DNA from: Thermoanaerobaculia bacterium
GTDB taxonomy: Bacteria; Acidobacteriota; Thermoanaerobaculia; Multivoradales; JAGPDF01
Assembly (NCBI GenBank): GCA_963719555.1
Contig: CAVRCL010000003.1
Location: 3,757 to 67,756 of the forward strand
Length of the DNA stretch: 64,000 nucleotides
Direction of reading: 5' to 3'
The notes below the pieces were generated by a model. It was not told the DNA's origin and made no database searches. It saw nothing but the letters and a program-made list of their open reading frames with translations. Positions 1 through 10,306 of this stretch are shown here, piece after piece (the stretch's first letter is position 1; every line of letters begins with the position of its first letter). Both the position numbers and the translations under genes were made by a program.

Positions 1-1630
1 GGTGGATCGAGGTCATGCCGCCCGCGGCCAGCCAGCCCCGCAGCGGGCGCCAGTCGAGATCCAGCCGATGCGGATTGGCATTGAGCTCCGGGATGGCGCC
101 GTTGGCGCGCGCCGCGTCGAGCACCGCCGTCGAGATCCAGGTCGTAGGGTTCGCGAACCAGCAACAGGCGCCCGGAGAGGTGGCCGAGAAAGGTCACGCA
201 GGGATGCGACGCCGCCCGCACCCAGCGCGCGGTCATCGCCTCGCGCGAGAGGCTGAACCGGCTGTGGACCGAGGCCACGACGTAGTCGAAGCCGAGCAGG
301 AGCTCGTCGTCGAAATCGAGCGCGCCGTCGGCCAGGATGTCGCACTCCGTGCCCTTGAACAGCCAGGGCTTGCGGCCCTCGGCGTTCCAGCGGTCGATCT
401 CCTCCCACTGTTTGCGGACGCGGGCGGCGTCGAGACCGCGGGCGTAAGCAGCGGCGCGCGAGTGGTCCGCGATGCCGAGGTACTCCCAGCCGAGCTTCCC
501 CGCCGCCGTGGCCATCGCTGCGAGCGTAGCGATGCCGTCGCTCCAGTCGGTGTGGACATGCAGGGTTCCGCGCAGGTCGCCGTACTCCACCAGATCGAGC
601 GCCGGCCCCGGCTCCGGCGATGCGAGCGCGGCGAGCTCGACCTCGCCCAATCCCTCCCGCGCTTCGGGCGGAATCCAGGCCAGTCCGAGCTTGCCGTAGA
701 TGGCGCGCTCCGAGTCGAGCGGGAAACGGTCCTCGCCGTCGTGCAGTCCGTACTCGTTCAGCGTCCAGCCGAGCCCCTTCGCGCGCGAGCGCAGCTCGAC
801 GTTGTGCTCCTTGCTGCCGGTGAAATGCAGCAGCGCCGAAGGCATTTCGTCGCTCTCCACCAGACGCAGGTCGGCGCGCAGGCCGCCCGCGACGACCGCC
901 GCCGCCTTCGTGCCGCCGCGCTCGATCGGCTGCAGCACCGACGGCGCGGCGAAGAAGTGATCGACGACGGCCTCGCGCTCCGTGGCCGCGACCGACGACC
1001 AGGAGGTCGAGATCGCCGATGGTTTCGCAACAGCGCCGCAGGCTGCCGGCGATCTCCACCTCGTCGACCGCCGTATGAGCTGCGCAGGTGCGCGGCCAGG
1101 GCCGCGGCCGCCGTGCGGGCCACCGGGAGCAGGTGGCGTTCGCCGAAGCGCTGCAAACTGGACAAGCCCTGGAGGAGCTTCTCCTGGCTCTTGGCGCCGA
1201 AACCAGGCAGGGCCGCGACGCGGCCTTCGCGGCAGGCGCGCTCGAGCGCCGCCGGCGAGTCGATCCGGAGCTCCTCGAGGAGGACGCGCAAGCGCTTCGG
1301 CCCGAGGCCCGGGATGCGCAGGAGATCCTGGACGCCGGGGGGAAATTCGGCCCGCAGCTCGGTCAGCAGCGCGAGCGAGCCGGTGAGGACGATTTCAGCG
1401 ATGCCTGCGACCAGGCCCGGACCGATGCCGCGAACTTCGCCGAGCGTGCCGGCCTCGTAGAGATCCTGCGGATCTTCCGCCATCCCTTCGATGGCGCGCG
1501 CGCCGTTGGCGTAGGCGCGGCTGCGAAAAGGATTCTCGCCCCGGAGCTCGAGGAGGTCGGCGACCTCACGCAGGAGGGCGGCGATCTGCGACCGATGGAG
1601 CCGTGGCGGTGGCGAACCCTCTCCGGTCAT
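1..1630 (-). pseudogene. polX: DNA polymerase X family protein (Pol-beta-like N-terminus plus C-terminal PHP domain). The 3' end runs off the left edge and the frame is broken at least twice.
   Basis: ORF 758..1630(-) gives a HhH/PolX N-terminus (FRSRAYANGARAIE, GIGPGL, IPGLGPKR). The next segment, EIAGSLRRCCETIGDLDLLVV, lies in the frame of ORF 13..1059(-). My own translation of the third frame from about 995 downward gives AATEREAVVDHFF, LHFTGSKEHN and LDLVEYGDLRGTLHVHTDWS (PHP motif), continuing to the window edge. Frame changes lie near 1060-1090 and near 995. Confidence 0.8.
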
Positions 1631-1655
1631 GCGCGTCGAAAAGCTCGCGCCGGGC

Positions 1656-2834
1656 TCAGGCGACCCCTACCGGGACTTCCCCACTCACGCCCGCGGCGGC
1701 GCGCAGCTCGGCCGCGCGATCGGTGAGCTCCCAGGAGAACCCCGGTTCTTCGCGCCCGAAGTGGCCGAAGGCCGCCGTGCGCTGGTAGATCGGCCGGCGC
1801 AGATCGAGCGTCTGGATGATCGCGAACGGCGTCAGCTTGAACTCGTTGCGCACGAGACGCTCGATCTTCTCCTCGGAGATCACTGCGGTGCCGAAGGTAT
1901 CGACCCGCACCGACACGGGCTCCGCGACACCGATGGCGTAGGCGAGCTGCACCTCGACCTTGTCCGCCAAGCCTGCGGCGACCAGGTTCTTGGCGATGTA
2001 GCGCGCCATGTAGGAGGCCGAGCGATCGACTTTCGTCGGGTCTTTGCCGGAGAAGGCGCCGCCGCCGTGACGGCCATAGCCGCCGTAGGTGTCGACGATG
2101 ATCTTGCGGCCGGTCAGGCCCGAATCGCCGTGCGGTCCGCCGATGACGAACTTGCCGGTCGGATTGACGTGATAAGCCGTCCGGTCGTCGAGGTAGGCCG
2201 CCGGAACGACGGGATGAATGATGTGGTCGATCACCTCGCGGCGGATCTGCTCGTGCGAGACCTCGGGGGCGTGCTGGGTGGAAACCACGACCGCCTGCAC
2301 CCGGGCCGGCTTGCCGTCCACGTACTCGACCGTCACCTGGCTCTTGCCGTCCGGCCGCAGCCAAGTGAGGTCCCCACCCCGCCGCGCCTCGGAGAGCCGC
2401 CGGGTCAGGGCGTGGGCGAGCATGATCGGCAGCGGCATCAGTTGAGGCGTCTCACGGCAGGCGAAGCCGAACATCAGCCCCTGATCGCCGGCGCCGCCGG
2501 TGTCGACTCCCTGGGCGATGTCCGGCGACTGGCTGCCGACGGCGCTCACCACTCCGCAACTCTCGGCGTCGAATCCAAGCCCGGGTTCCGTGTAGCCGAT
2601 ATCGCGGATCGCCTTGCGGGCCACCTCCGAGAAGTTCACATAGCCGGTCGTCGTGATCTCGCCCGCCAGGACGACGAGGCCCGTCGCGACCAGAGTCTCG
2701 CAGGCCACGCGGCCCATCGGATCCTGATGCAGGACGTCGTCGAGAATGGCGTCGGAGATCTGGTCGCAGATCTTGTCCGGGTGCCCTTCAGTGACCGATT
2801 CTGAAGTAAACAGGCTGGCGTCGCGGCTGCTCAT
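1656..2834 (-). CDS. metK: S-adenosylmethionine synthetase
   Basis: Intact 392-aa ORF with a canonical N-terminus ([24 protein letters not shown]) and the [17 protein letters not shown] motif. Confidence 0.95.
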   Translation of the reverse strand: MSSRDASLFTSESVTEGHPDKICDQISDAILDDVLHQDPMGRVACETLVATGLVVLAGEITTTGYVNFSEVARKAIRDIGYTEPGLGFDAESCGVVSAVGSQSPDIAQGVDTGGAGDQGLMFGFACRETPQLMPLPIMLAHALTRRLSEARRGGDLTWLRPDGKSQVTVEYVDGKPARVQAVVVSTQHAPEVSHEQIRREVIDHIIHPVVPAAYLDDRTAYHVNPTGKFVIGGPHGDSGLTGRKIIVDTYGGYGRHGGGAFSGKDPTKVDRSASYMARYIAKNLVAAGLADKVEVQLAYAIGVAEPVSVRVDTFGTAVISEEKIERLVRNEFKLTPFAIIQTLDLRRPIYQRTAAFGHFGREEPGFSWELTDRAAELRAAAGVSGEVPVGVA

Positions 2835-2948
2835 GCTCGAACCTCTGTCGTAGGAGGGGACGGTGTGCCCCGAAAAGTGAACTTTATCAGACCGAATCGA
2901 CGGTCGGCAGGGTCCGCCGGGTTCAACGGCGCGTAGGCCGGGTATCGC

Positions 2949-3575
2949 CTAGCGGCGCGTGCGCCGCGTATCCAGAATCCCGAAGAACTGCGTGGAGAGT
3001 GCGTGCAGCGTCGCCTCGGCGACCGCTGATCGCCGGCTCTCGAGGCCGCCCGTCAGGGAGGCGACGATCCCGCCGCTGCGGCGCGTGCCGGGGATCGAGT
3101 GCGGCAGCTGGTCCATGCCCAGGCCGTCCACCAGGTGCGGCGGCAGCTGCAACGACCCGCTCGAGCCGAGGGTCTCGCCGGCGCCGCCGCGCAGGACCGT
3201 CCAGCTGCGCACGAAGAAGGGCGTCTCATCCTCGATCTCGAGGCTGTGGTAGCAGGCCTCCACCGCAAGGTAGAAGTGGTAGACCCCGGGGAGCTTCTCC
3301 GCCATCTGCTGCACCGATCGCCGCGCCCGCGCGATCGCCTCGACGTCCGACAGTGGCAGACCGGTGAGCGGGGTCGGAAGCTCCTGCGGCACCACGGCGA
3401 CCGGCGCCACCTCACCCGAGTCGCGGCGGAAGAAGCGCCGGAATGCGTCGCGCACGCCGAACAGGGTGTCGGCGCCGGAATCGGCGACACAGACTTCGAT
3501 ACCGCGTTGGAATTCCCCGAGGAACTCCCTAAGATCGGGCGCCATGATCGAAAGCTCTCGGAATGAGGCTATCAA
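2949..3575 (-). CDS. Putative non-canonical purine NTP phosphatase (DUF84/YjjX-like)
   Basis: Intact 208-aa ORF. The C-terminal GTRRSGGIVASLTGGLESRRSAVAEATLHAL resembles the DUF84 family tail by eye. The start is ambiguous: 3575, or the ATG at 3545. Confidence 0.45.
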   Translation of the reverse strand: MIASFRELSIMAPDLREFLGEFQRGIEVCVADSGADTLFGVRDAFRRFFRRDSGEVAPVAVVPQELPTPLTGLPLSDVEAIARARRSVQQMAEKLPGVYHFYLAVEACYHSLEIEDETPFFVRSWTVLRGGAGETLGSSGSLQLPPHLVDGLGMDQLPHSIPGTRRSGGIVASLTGGLESRRSAVAEATLHALSTQFFGILDTRRTRR

Positions 3576-4332
3576 AACTCTCCGCCGGATACGGCGAAGC
3601 AGAGGTCCGGAGGCGATTCTCGAGGGCCCGCACCTCGTTCTCGAGGCGCTGCGCCTCGGGCTGCGGCTGCAGCCGGTGCTGGCGACCGCCGAGTTCCTCG
3701 CCAGTTCCCCAGGGCAGGAGGTGCTCGCGCTCCTGCCACGGCCTCCTCTTCTCGCTGCGAGCCGGATCCTCGATGCACTCGCCGACGCCGATTCGCCGCG
3801 CGGCCTCCTCGCCGGCTGCAGCCTGCCGCGGGCCGGACTCGAGGCGTTGACGCCGCGGCCGGACGAGATCTGGCTCTACCTCGACCGGATCCAGGAGCCG
3901 GGAAACCTCGGCGCGCTGGCCAGGGTCGCCGAAGGGCTGGGCGCTGCCGGCCTCCTGCTCTCGCCGGGCTGCGCCGAGCCGAATCATCCGCGAGCGCTCC
4001 GCGCCTCGGCCGGCAGCCTCCTGCGTGTGGCGCTCGCCATCCAGGCCGATGCGGAAGCCACGCGGCGCCGATTCTCCGGCGTCGGCGCGCGCTGGGTCGG
4101 GCTCGAGGCGCACGCCGGCGCTGTCCGGCTCGCCGATCTCGCGCCGGCAGCGGGCGCCGGAACGACGATCCTGGCGCTCGGCGCCGAAGGCCCTGGACTC
4201 TCTCCCGAGACCCGTGCGCAGCTCGACGTGAGCGTGACGATTCCGCTGCGCGGCCGCCTCGAATCGTTGAACGTCGCCGTCGCCGCGGCGCTGGTGCTGG
4301 CGCGGCTGACGCCGCCGCTTACGCCTCCTTGA
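3544..4332 (+). CDS. TrmH/SpoU-family RNA 2'-O-methyltransferase
   Basis: ATG at 3544 inside ORF 3364..4332. SpoU motifs are present: IQEPGNLGALARVAEGLGA, LALGAEGPGLS, IPLRGRLESLNVAVAAALVL. Confidence 0.8.
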   Translation: MIESSRNEAIKTLRRIRRSRGPEAILEGPHLVLEALRLGLRLQPVLATAEFLASSPGQEVLALLPRPPLLAASRILDALADADSPRGLLAGCSLPRAGLEALTPRPDEIWLYLDRIQEPGNLGALARVAEGLGAAGLLLSPGCAEPNHPRALRASAGSLLRVALAIQADAEATRRRFSGVGARWVGLEAHAGAVRLADLAPAAGAGTTILALGAEGPGLSPETRAQLDVSVTIPLRGRLESLNVAVAAALVLARLTPPLTPP

Positions 4333-5296
4333 GTGCCGCCACCATCGCCGGAATCACCTCGTGGAGGTCGCCGACGATGCCGTAGTTGGCGATCTTGAAG
4401 ATCGGCGCGCCGGCATCCTTGTTCACGGCCACGATGCAGCTGGACCCCTTCATCCCGACCAGGTGCTGGATGGCGCCCGAGATGCCGAACGCCAGATAGA
4501 GCTTCGGCGAAACGGTCTGGCCGCTCGATCCGATCTGGCGGTCGCGCGGCAGCCAGCCGCTGTCGATCACCGGACGGCTCGCCCCGATATCCGCCTTGAG
4601 CAAGCGCGCCAGCTCTTCGACCGGGCCCATCTTGTCGGCGCCGCCGATCCCCCGGCCGATCGCGACGATGATCTCGGCCTTGGACAGGTCGACGGTCTCG
4701 CCACCCATCTGTTCCACGCCGAGAATCTCCCGCCAGGAAGCCGCCGCAGCGAGGTCGATGCCGACCGCGGCGATCGCCGCCTGGCCCGGCTTTCTCGCGT
4801 CCGCCGAGAACGCGCCGGACTGGAGCGAGACCAGCGTCGGTCCGGGCCCTTTCGCGCGCACCCTGGCGTGGAGCTTGCCCCCGAGAACGGGTCGCTTCCA
4901 GATGACTCCCCCGGCGCCGTCGGGCTCGAACGAGAGACCCTCGGGAAGGATGCCGGCGCCGGCGGCAACCGCCAGCCTGGGCAGGTACTCGATCGTCTGG
5001 TAGGTATGGGGGAAGAGGAGGGTCTCGGGACGCTCGAGGGCGATCAGCCCGGCGAGCGCCGCGACGTAGCCTCCCGGCGTGTAATCGGCGAGCATCGGAT
5101 GATCGATGACGCGCACCGACTCGAGATCGCAGCTCGCCACTTCGTTCGCCATCCCGGCGACACCGCTGCCCAGGAGGACCGCGGCCGCCTTCTCTCCGGA
5201 GAGCGCGGCGAGCTGTTGGGCTGCGGCGACGGTCTCCCATGCCATGCGATGAATCTTGCCTTCACGCTGCTGCAGTACGGCGCAGACTTTCGCCAT
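4319..5296 (-). CDS. etfA: Electron transfer flavoprotein, alpha subunit
   Basis: Intact 325-aa ORF with the FAD-binding C-terminal signature [37 protein letters not shown]. Confidence 0.9.
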   Translation of the reverse strand: MAKVCAVLQQREGKIHRMAWETVAAAQQLAALSGEKAAAVLLGSGVAGMANEVASCDLESVRVIDHPMLADYTPGGYVAALAGLIALERPETLLFPHTYQTIEYLPRLAVAAGAGILPEGLSFEPDGAGGVIWKRPVLGGKLHARVRAKGPGPTLVSLQSGAFSADARKPGQAAIAAVGIDLAAAASWREILGVEQMGGETVDLSKAEIIVAIGRGIGGADKMGPVEELARLLKADIGASRPVIDSGWLPRDRQIGSSGQTVSPKLYLAFGISGAIQHLVGMKGSSCIVAVNKDAGAPIFKIANYGIVGDLHEVIPAMVAALKEA

Positions 5297-6084
5297 CAGA
5301 TCACCCTGGCTTCGTTCTTCAACTTCGAGACCAACTCGGAAGCGGCGCCGTCGCCGCTCAGGATCTGTGCTCCGGCCGCGGCTTCGGGGAAGCCGACAGA
5401 GAGCACTTCGAGGCGGGATCCCGCGAGCCCAACTTCAGCGTCGGTCAGGCCGAGATCGGCGGGCGAGAGCTCCGCGATCTCCTTCTTCTTCGCCGACATG
5501 ATGCCCTTGAGAGAGGCGTAGCGGGGATGATTCAGCCCGGCCTGGACCTCCAGCACGGCCGGCACCGTGAGCCGGAGGACCTCGCTCAGCCCGCTCTCCA
5601 TCTCGCGCGTCACTTTGAGGGTGCGGCCCCCTTCTTCGACCTCGACGCCCATCACGAGCCAGGCATGCGGCCAGGCGAGCAGTCCCGCTACGACCGTTCC
5701 GGTCGCACCGAAGCCGTTGTCGTCCGACTGCGAGCCGGTGATGACCAGATCGCATTCCTCGCGGCGAATCGCCGACGCGAGAGCGCGTCCGGTGGCGAGT
5801 GCATCTCCGCCCGCGAACGCATCGTGCCGCAGATGCACCGCCCGGCCGGCCCCGAGGGCGAGCGCCTTGCGCAGAGCCTCGCGCACGCGCTCGGGTCCGA
5901 GGGAGAAGGCAATCACCTCTCCTCCCTGCTTTTCGGCGATCTGCAGCGCCTCTTCGAGCGCCACCTCATCGCTCTCGTTGATCGTGAACGGCACGTCTTC
6001 CTCGTCGATCCACCGGCCATCCTTCGCGATGCGCAGTCGCGCCTCGGTATCCGGCACCTGCTTGATGCAGACGGCAATTTTCAC
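5296..6084 (-). CDS. etfB: Electron transfer flavoprotein, beta subunit
   Basis: GTG at 6084 is preceded by a GGAGG Shine-Dalgarno (plus-strand cctcc at 6094-6098). The N-terminus is KIAVCIKQVPD. The stop overlaps the etfA ATG by 1 nt. Confidence 0.9.
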   Translation of the reverse strand: MKIAVCIKQVPDTEARLRIAKDGRWIDEEDVPFTINESDEVALEEALQIAEKQGGEVIAFSLGPERVREALRKALALGAGRAVHLRHDAFAGGDALATGRALASAIRREECDLVITGSQSDDNGFGATGTVVAGLLAWPHAWLVMGVEVEEGGRTLKVTREMESGLSEVLRLTVPAVLEVQAGLNHPRYASLKGIMSAKKKEIAELSPADLGLTDAEVGLAGSRLEVLSVGFPEAAAGAQILSGDGAASELVSKLKNEARVI

Positions 6085-6249
6085 TTGGACGTTCCTCCCT
6101 GAAAATGCTCCACGTCCAGTGAAAGGTATGCTCGACCCCACGGCCACGTCAACGATCGTGCGCCGTCCCACGTAAAAGGGTGGGAAGTCGCGTGGACAGC
6201 CTTTTGGACGGCATGCTAGCTTTTCCGGGCTCGGGAGCACTGATCATTC

Positions 6250-6978
6250 ATGGCTGACCTCTTCTCGCTGACCCTGGTCGCACAGACCACCTCGCCCACC
6301 ACGACGGGACTCGCCGAGGCCTTCGGGCGGTCGGGGGCGATGGCCCAGGTGGTGCTCGGACTGCTGCTCTGCTTCTCGATCGGCTCCTGGACGATCTTCC
6401 TGTGGAAGATCGTCCACCTCCGCCGCGCCGACCGGCAGAGCCGGAAGTTCCTCGAGATCTTCCGCGCCAGCAAGCGCTTCAGCGAGGTGAGCGCCGCGAC
6501 GGCGAAACTCTCGGTCTCGCCGCTGGTGGGGATCTTCCAGGCCGGCTACGCCGAGATCGACCACCAGATCCGTGCCCAACCCGAGGATTCGGCAGCCCGC
6601 GGGCACTACCAGATCCGCTCCCTGACGAGCGTGGAGCGGACGCTGCGACGCGCCCTCACCGGCGAGCTCGCGATCCTGACCCGGGCGGCGACCTTTCTCG
6701 GCACGACCGCCGCGGTGACCCCGTTCATCGGCCTCTTCGGCACCGTCTGGGGCATCATGCGGGCCTTCGAGGACATCGGCAGGACCGGTTCCACCTCGCT
6801 GGTTGCGGTGGCTCCCGGCATCGCCGAGGCGCTCATCAATACCGCCGCCGGCCTCGGCGCGGCGATTCCGGCGCTGGTCGGCTACAACTACCTCGCCGGG
6901 CGATTCAAGCGCCTGCGCCACCAGATGGAAGATTTCGCCCTCGAGTTCCTCAACCTGACCGAGCGCAACTTCACCTGA
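6250..6978 (+). CDS. tolQ: Tol-Pal system protein TolQ (MotA/TolQ/ExbB proton channel)
   Basis: Intact 242-aa ORF. Motifs: LGTTAAVTPFIGLFGTVWGIM and APGIAEALINTAAGL. Confidence 0.85.
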   Translation: MADLFSLTLVAQTTSPTTTGLAEAFGRSGAMAQVVLGLLLCFSIGSWTIFLWKIVHLRRADRQSRKFLEIFRASKRFSEVSAATAKLSVSPLVGIFQAGYAEIDHQIRAQPEDSAARGHYQIRSLTSVERTLRRALTGELAILTRAATFLGTTAAVTPFIGLFGTVWGIMRAFEDIGRTGSTSLVAVAPGIAEALINTAAGLGAAIPALVGYNYLAGRFKRLRHQMEDFALEFLNLTERNFT

Positions 6979-7418
6979 TGGCCTTCCTGGGATCGACCGG
7001 CGGACTCACCCAGGACGACGACTCCATCCTCTCGGAGATCAACATCACACCGCTGGTCGACGTGATGCTGGTCCTGCTCATCATCTTCATGGTCACCGCG
7101 CCGATGCTGCACCAGGGGATCGAGGTCGCGCTGCCGAAGGCGGAAGCGCCGCCGCTGCCGCTGCGCGGCGAGGACCCGGTGGTTCTGTCGATCAATCGCG
7201 AGGGCCTCATCTACCTGCGCGACCGCCCGATCCATCCGACCAAGCTGGTCGAGGTCCTGACCCCGATGCTGCGCGGACGAGCCAACGAGACTGTCTTCCT
7301 CAAGGGCGACCGCGACACACCCTACGGCAAGATCATCGACGTCCTCGATACGCTGCATCGCGGGGGCATCGGCAAGGTGGGCATGGTGACGGAGAAGCCG
7401 GAGCCCCGGCGGAAGTGA
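6978..7418 (+). CDS. tolR: Tol-Pal system protein TolR (ExbD/TolR family)
   Basis: ATG at 6978 overlaps the tolQ TGA (TGATG). The N-terminus INITPLVDVMLVLLIIFMVTAP is typical of ExbD/TolR. Confidence 0.85.
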   Translation: MAFLGSTGGLTQDDDSILSEINITPLVDVMLVLLIIFMVTAPMLHQGIEVALPKAEAPPLPLRGEDPVVLSINREGLIYLRDRPIHPTKLVEVLTPMLRGRANETVFLKGDRDTPYGKIIDVLDTLHRGGIGKVGMVTEKPEPRRK

Positions 7419-8182
7419 GCTCGACGTACGCGGTCACCGGAGTCCTCGAGCGCCGCCGGACCGATCGCGAGGGCGCACTTCTGGCGCGCTGCACGGCGAT
7501 CGCGCTCGGGGCCCACGCCATCCTGGCTCTGGCGGCGTGGCTGCTTCCCCGGATCCAGCAGGCGGAGAAGCCACCCATCGAGTACGTCGCCGTCCAGATC
7601 GTTCCTGCGGCACGGCTCGGCGTGGAGCGCCCGCGGCCCGCCACGCCCCCTCCGCCCGCCCCGTTGAAGCCCGAACCGCTGCCCGTCAAGCCGCCGGCGG
7701 TCGCGCCGCCACCGGACACCCCGACCCTGCGCGAAGCTACAGCTCCCAAGCCCCCACCCAAACCCCCGCCCGCCGCCGCGACACCTGCCGTGCCGGCCAA
7801 GCCGGCGCCAGCGCCGGCGGCGACTCCGGCCGAGCCGGAGGTCCAGGGCAGCGAGCGCGGCAGCACCAACGCGCTCGCCGTGGGCGCCGCGGTGGCCGGC
7901 CTCGACAACCCCGACTTCGTCTACGGCTACTATGTCGACCAGATGCTGGCGATGATTCAGCGCAACTGGGTGCGGCCGATGGTGGGCTCGGGGGTCGAAG
8001 CCACGGTGCACTATCGCATCCAGCGCGACGGCAGAATCGTCGAGGTCCGCATCGCCACCTCGTCCGGCATCAACTCCTTCGACCTCGCGGCACTGCGCGC
8101 CGTGCAGGCCTCGACTCCCCTGCCGCCGCTCCCGCGCGCCTTTCGCGAGGGGTCGCTCGGCGTCAACCTGATCTTCCGATGA
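7415..8182 (+). CDS. tolA: TolA-like protein (TM anchor, Pro/Ala-rich linker, TonB-C domain)
   Basis: Intact 255-aa ORF that overlaps the tolR stop. It has a long PAPxP linker and a C-terminal TonB-C-like fold (YYVDQMLAMIQRNW, VHYRIQRDGRIVEVRI). Confidence 0.7.
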   Translation: MSSTYAVTGVLERRRTDREGALLARCTAIALGAHAILALAAWLLPRIQQAEKPPIEYVAVQIVPAARLGVERPRPATPPPPAPLKPEPLPVKPPAVAPPPDTPTLREATAPKPPPKPPPAAATPAVPAKPAPAPAATPAEPEVQGSERGSTNALAVGAAVAGLDNPDFVYGYYVDQMLAMIQRNWVRPMVGSGVEATVHYRIQRDGRIVEVRIATSSGINSFDLAALRAVQASTPLPPLPRAFREGSLGVNLIFR

Positions 8183-8195
8183 GGAACACTCGACC

Positions 8196-9608
8196 ATGAG
8201 GCATTCGCGAAGGAACCGGACTGGGGGCGCTCTCCTGATCGGCGCATTGTGTTGGGTGGCGCAAGCGCAGCAACCGCCTGCGGCGTCGGCACCTGCGCCC
8301 CCGGGCGCTCCCGCAGTGGCCCCGGCCGGAGCGCCGGTCGCGCCGCCGGCGGCGCCCGGCACGACGATCACCATCGTCATGCCGGACGGCTCGACGCGCG
8401 CCCAGATCGTGCTCGCGATTCCACCGCTGGGCAATCTCGCAGCGCTCCAGGGCACGGCCGGAAATGCGGCGCGCACGCTCGACCAGACGCTGCGGAGGGA
8501 CCTCGACAAGAGCGGCATCTTCAGGCTGCTGGAAGCCGACGAGCTCGCGGTGCTCACGCTCACCGGCGATCTCGCGCACGATGCCGACCAGTACCGTTCT
8601 CTCGGCGCGGAGATGCTGTTGCAGAACGAGATCAAGCAGGACGGCGACCGGTTGGTGATCGAAGGCCGCCTCATCGATCTCGCGAGCCGCCAGCCGATCG
8701 TCGGCAAGCGCTACCGCGGGACCTTCGATCTCGCCCGCCGCATCGCGCACACCTTCGCCGACGAGATCGTTCTCTATCTCACCGGCAAGCGCGGCATCGC
8801 GCTCACTTCGATCGCCTTCTCCTCGGACCGCGACGGCGAGAAGGAGATCTACCTGATGGACTACGACGGCTTCGACCAGCGCCGGATCACCGGCCATCGG
8901 TCGATCTCGATGAGCCCGGCATGGAGCCCGACTGGCGACGTGCTCTCCTACGTCTCGTACTTCGGCGGGCAAGGCCCTGCGATCTACCTCGCGGACATCC
9001 TGAGCGGGCGCAAGTCGCCGGTGGTCACCAGCGGCTCGCTCAACACCTCGCCGACCTTCTCGCCCGACGGCCGGCGTCTCGCCTTCGCTCGCGGCCTCGG
9101 CTCCAACATCGAGATATTCACCTGCCGCCGCGACGGCAGCGAGCTTCGGCAACTGACCAGCTCTCCCGGAATCGACACCAATCCGGCGTGGAGCCCGAAC
9201 GGCAACGAGATCGCGTTCACTTCCAGCCGTTCCGGATCGCCGCAGATCTACGTCGTCGACGCCGAGGGCACGAACCTCAGGCGGGTCACCTTCGACGGCG
9301 ACTACAACGAGGGCGCCTCCTGGAGTCCGGACGGCACCCGCATCGCGTTCGCCACGCGCTCGCAGCAGAACCGTTTCGACTTGAGCCTGGTCGACCTCGT
9401 GACCCTTGCCTCGCAGCGCCTGACCGACGGTGGCGGCAGCAACGAGACCCCGGCGTTCTCCCCGGACGGACGGCGGATCGCCTTCAGCTCGACCCGCGCC
9501 GGGGGCGTGCAGATCTTCGTGATGGAGGCTCGATTCGGGGCGCTCGCGGAGCAGCTCACCTTCGAAGGCGCGAACCGCTCGCCTGACTGGTCCGGATATC
9601 TCCCGTGA
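8196..9608 (+). CDS. tolB: Tol-Pal system beta-propeller protein TolB
   Basis: Intact 470-aa ORF with a signal peptide and repeated WD-like blades (SPAWSPTGD, SPTFSPDGRRLAF, NPAWSPNGNEIAF, ASWSPDGTRIAF, TPAFSPDGRRIAF). Confidence 0.9.
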   Translation: MRHSRRNRTGGALLIGALCWVAQAQQPPAASAPAPPGAPAVAPAGAPVAPPAAPGTTITIVMPDGSTRAQIVLAIPPLGNLAALQGTAGNAARTLDQTLRRDLDKSGIFRLLEADELAVLTLTGDLAHDADQYRSLGAEMLLQNEIKQDGDRLVIEGRLIDLASRQPIVGKRYRGTFDLARRIAHTFADEIVLYLTGKRGIALTSIAFSSDRDGEKEIYLMDYDGFDQRRITGHRSISMSPAWSPTGDVLSYVSYFGGQGPAIYLADILSGRKSPVVTSGSLNTSPTFSPDGRRLAFARGLGSNIEIFTCRRDGSELRQLTSSPGIDTNPAWSPNGNEIAFTSSRSGSPQIYVVDAEGTNLRRVTFDGDYNEGASWSPDGTRIAFATRSQQNRFDLSLVDLVTLASQRLTDGGGSNETPAFSPDGRRIAFSSTRAGGVQIFVMEARFGALAEQLTFEGANRSPDWSGYLP

Positions 9609-9702
9609 GCGGCATACCGGACTGGATCGACGTTTGCATGTGCTAGATTCCCATGTGAACCGGACTCTTAGGGAGTCCTCGGATCGGTCTCACACCAAGG
9701 AG

Positions 9703-10287
9703 ATGAAAATGAACACCCGTCGAATCCTCTGGACCGCGTTGCTGGCACTCTCCATGGTCGTCACGGCTTGCGCCAAGAAGGCTCCGAAAACTAGCGACGT
9801 CAGCGCCAACCCGGTGCCGACACCGCCGCCCGCGACGGACGTCAATCCGAAGGCCCGTCCCGCGGTCGTCGACCCGACCGAGAACGATCCCCTGAAGGAC
9901 CCCGATCTGGCGAAGATCAACGACTACCTCGCCAAGCAGGGGCTCCTCGGCGACGTCTTCTTCGAATACGACAAAGCCGACCTGCGCGACGACGCCCGCG
10001 CCCGCCTGTCGAGCAACGCCGATTGGCTCCGATCCCATCCCGAGTTCGAAGTGACCATCGAGGGCCACTGCGACGAGCGCGGCACCAACGAATACAACCT
10101 CGCGCTGGGCGCGCGGCGCGCCGGTGCGGCGCGCGATTACGTCACCTCGCTCGGCGTCGCCGGCGCGAGAATCCGTTCGATCAGCTACGGTGAAGAGCGC
10201 CCGCAGTGCACTTCCACTACCGAGAGCTGCTGGGCGATGAACCGCCGGGCGCATTTCATCGTCACCGGGCGCACGAACGCCGGCTGA
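9703..10287 (+). CDS. pal: Peptidoglycan-associated lipoprotein Pal (OmpA family)
   Basis: ATG at 9703 follows AAGGAG. Lipobox MVVTAC. OmpA-C motifs: IEGHCDERGTNEYNLALGARRA and NRRAHF. Confidence 0.9.
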   Translation: MKMNTRRILWTALLALSMVVTACAKKAPKTSDVSANPVPTPPPATDVNPKARPAVVDPTENDPLKDPDLAKINDYLAKQGLLGDVFFEYDKADLRDDARARLSSNADWLRSHPEFEVTIEGHCDERGTNEYNLALGARRAGAARDYVTSLGVAGARIRSISYGEERPQCTSTTESCWAMNRRAHFIVTGRTNAG

Positions 10288-10306
10288 GAAGCGGTCGCTG
10301 CCCGAT

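Noticed and set aside
2835-2948. Possible SAM riboswitch in the 114-nt leader upstream of metK
   Set aside because: The leader contains small hairpins (e.g. GACCG-tcgatt-CGGTC), but I could not recognise SAM-I, SAM-II or SAM-IV conserved cores by eye. A covariance-model scan would be needed, so no claim is made.
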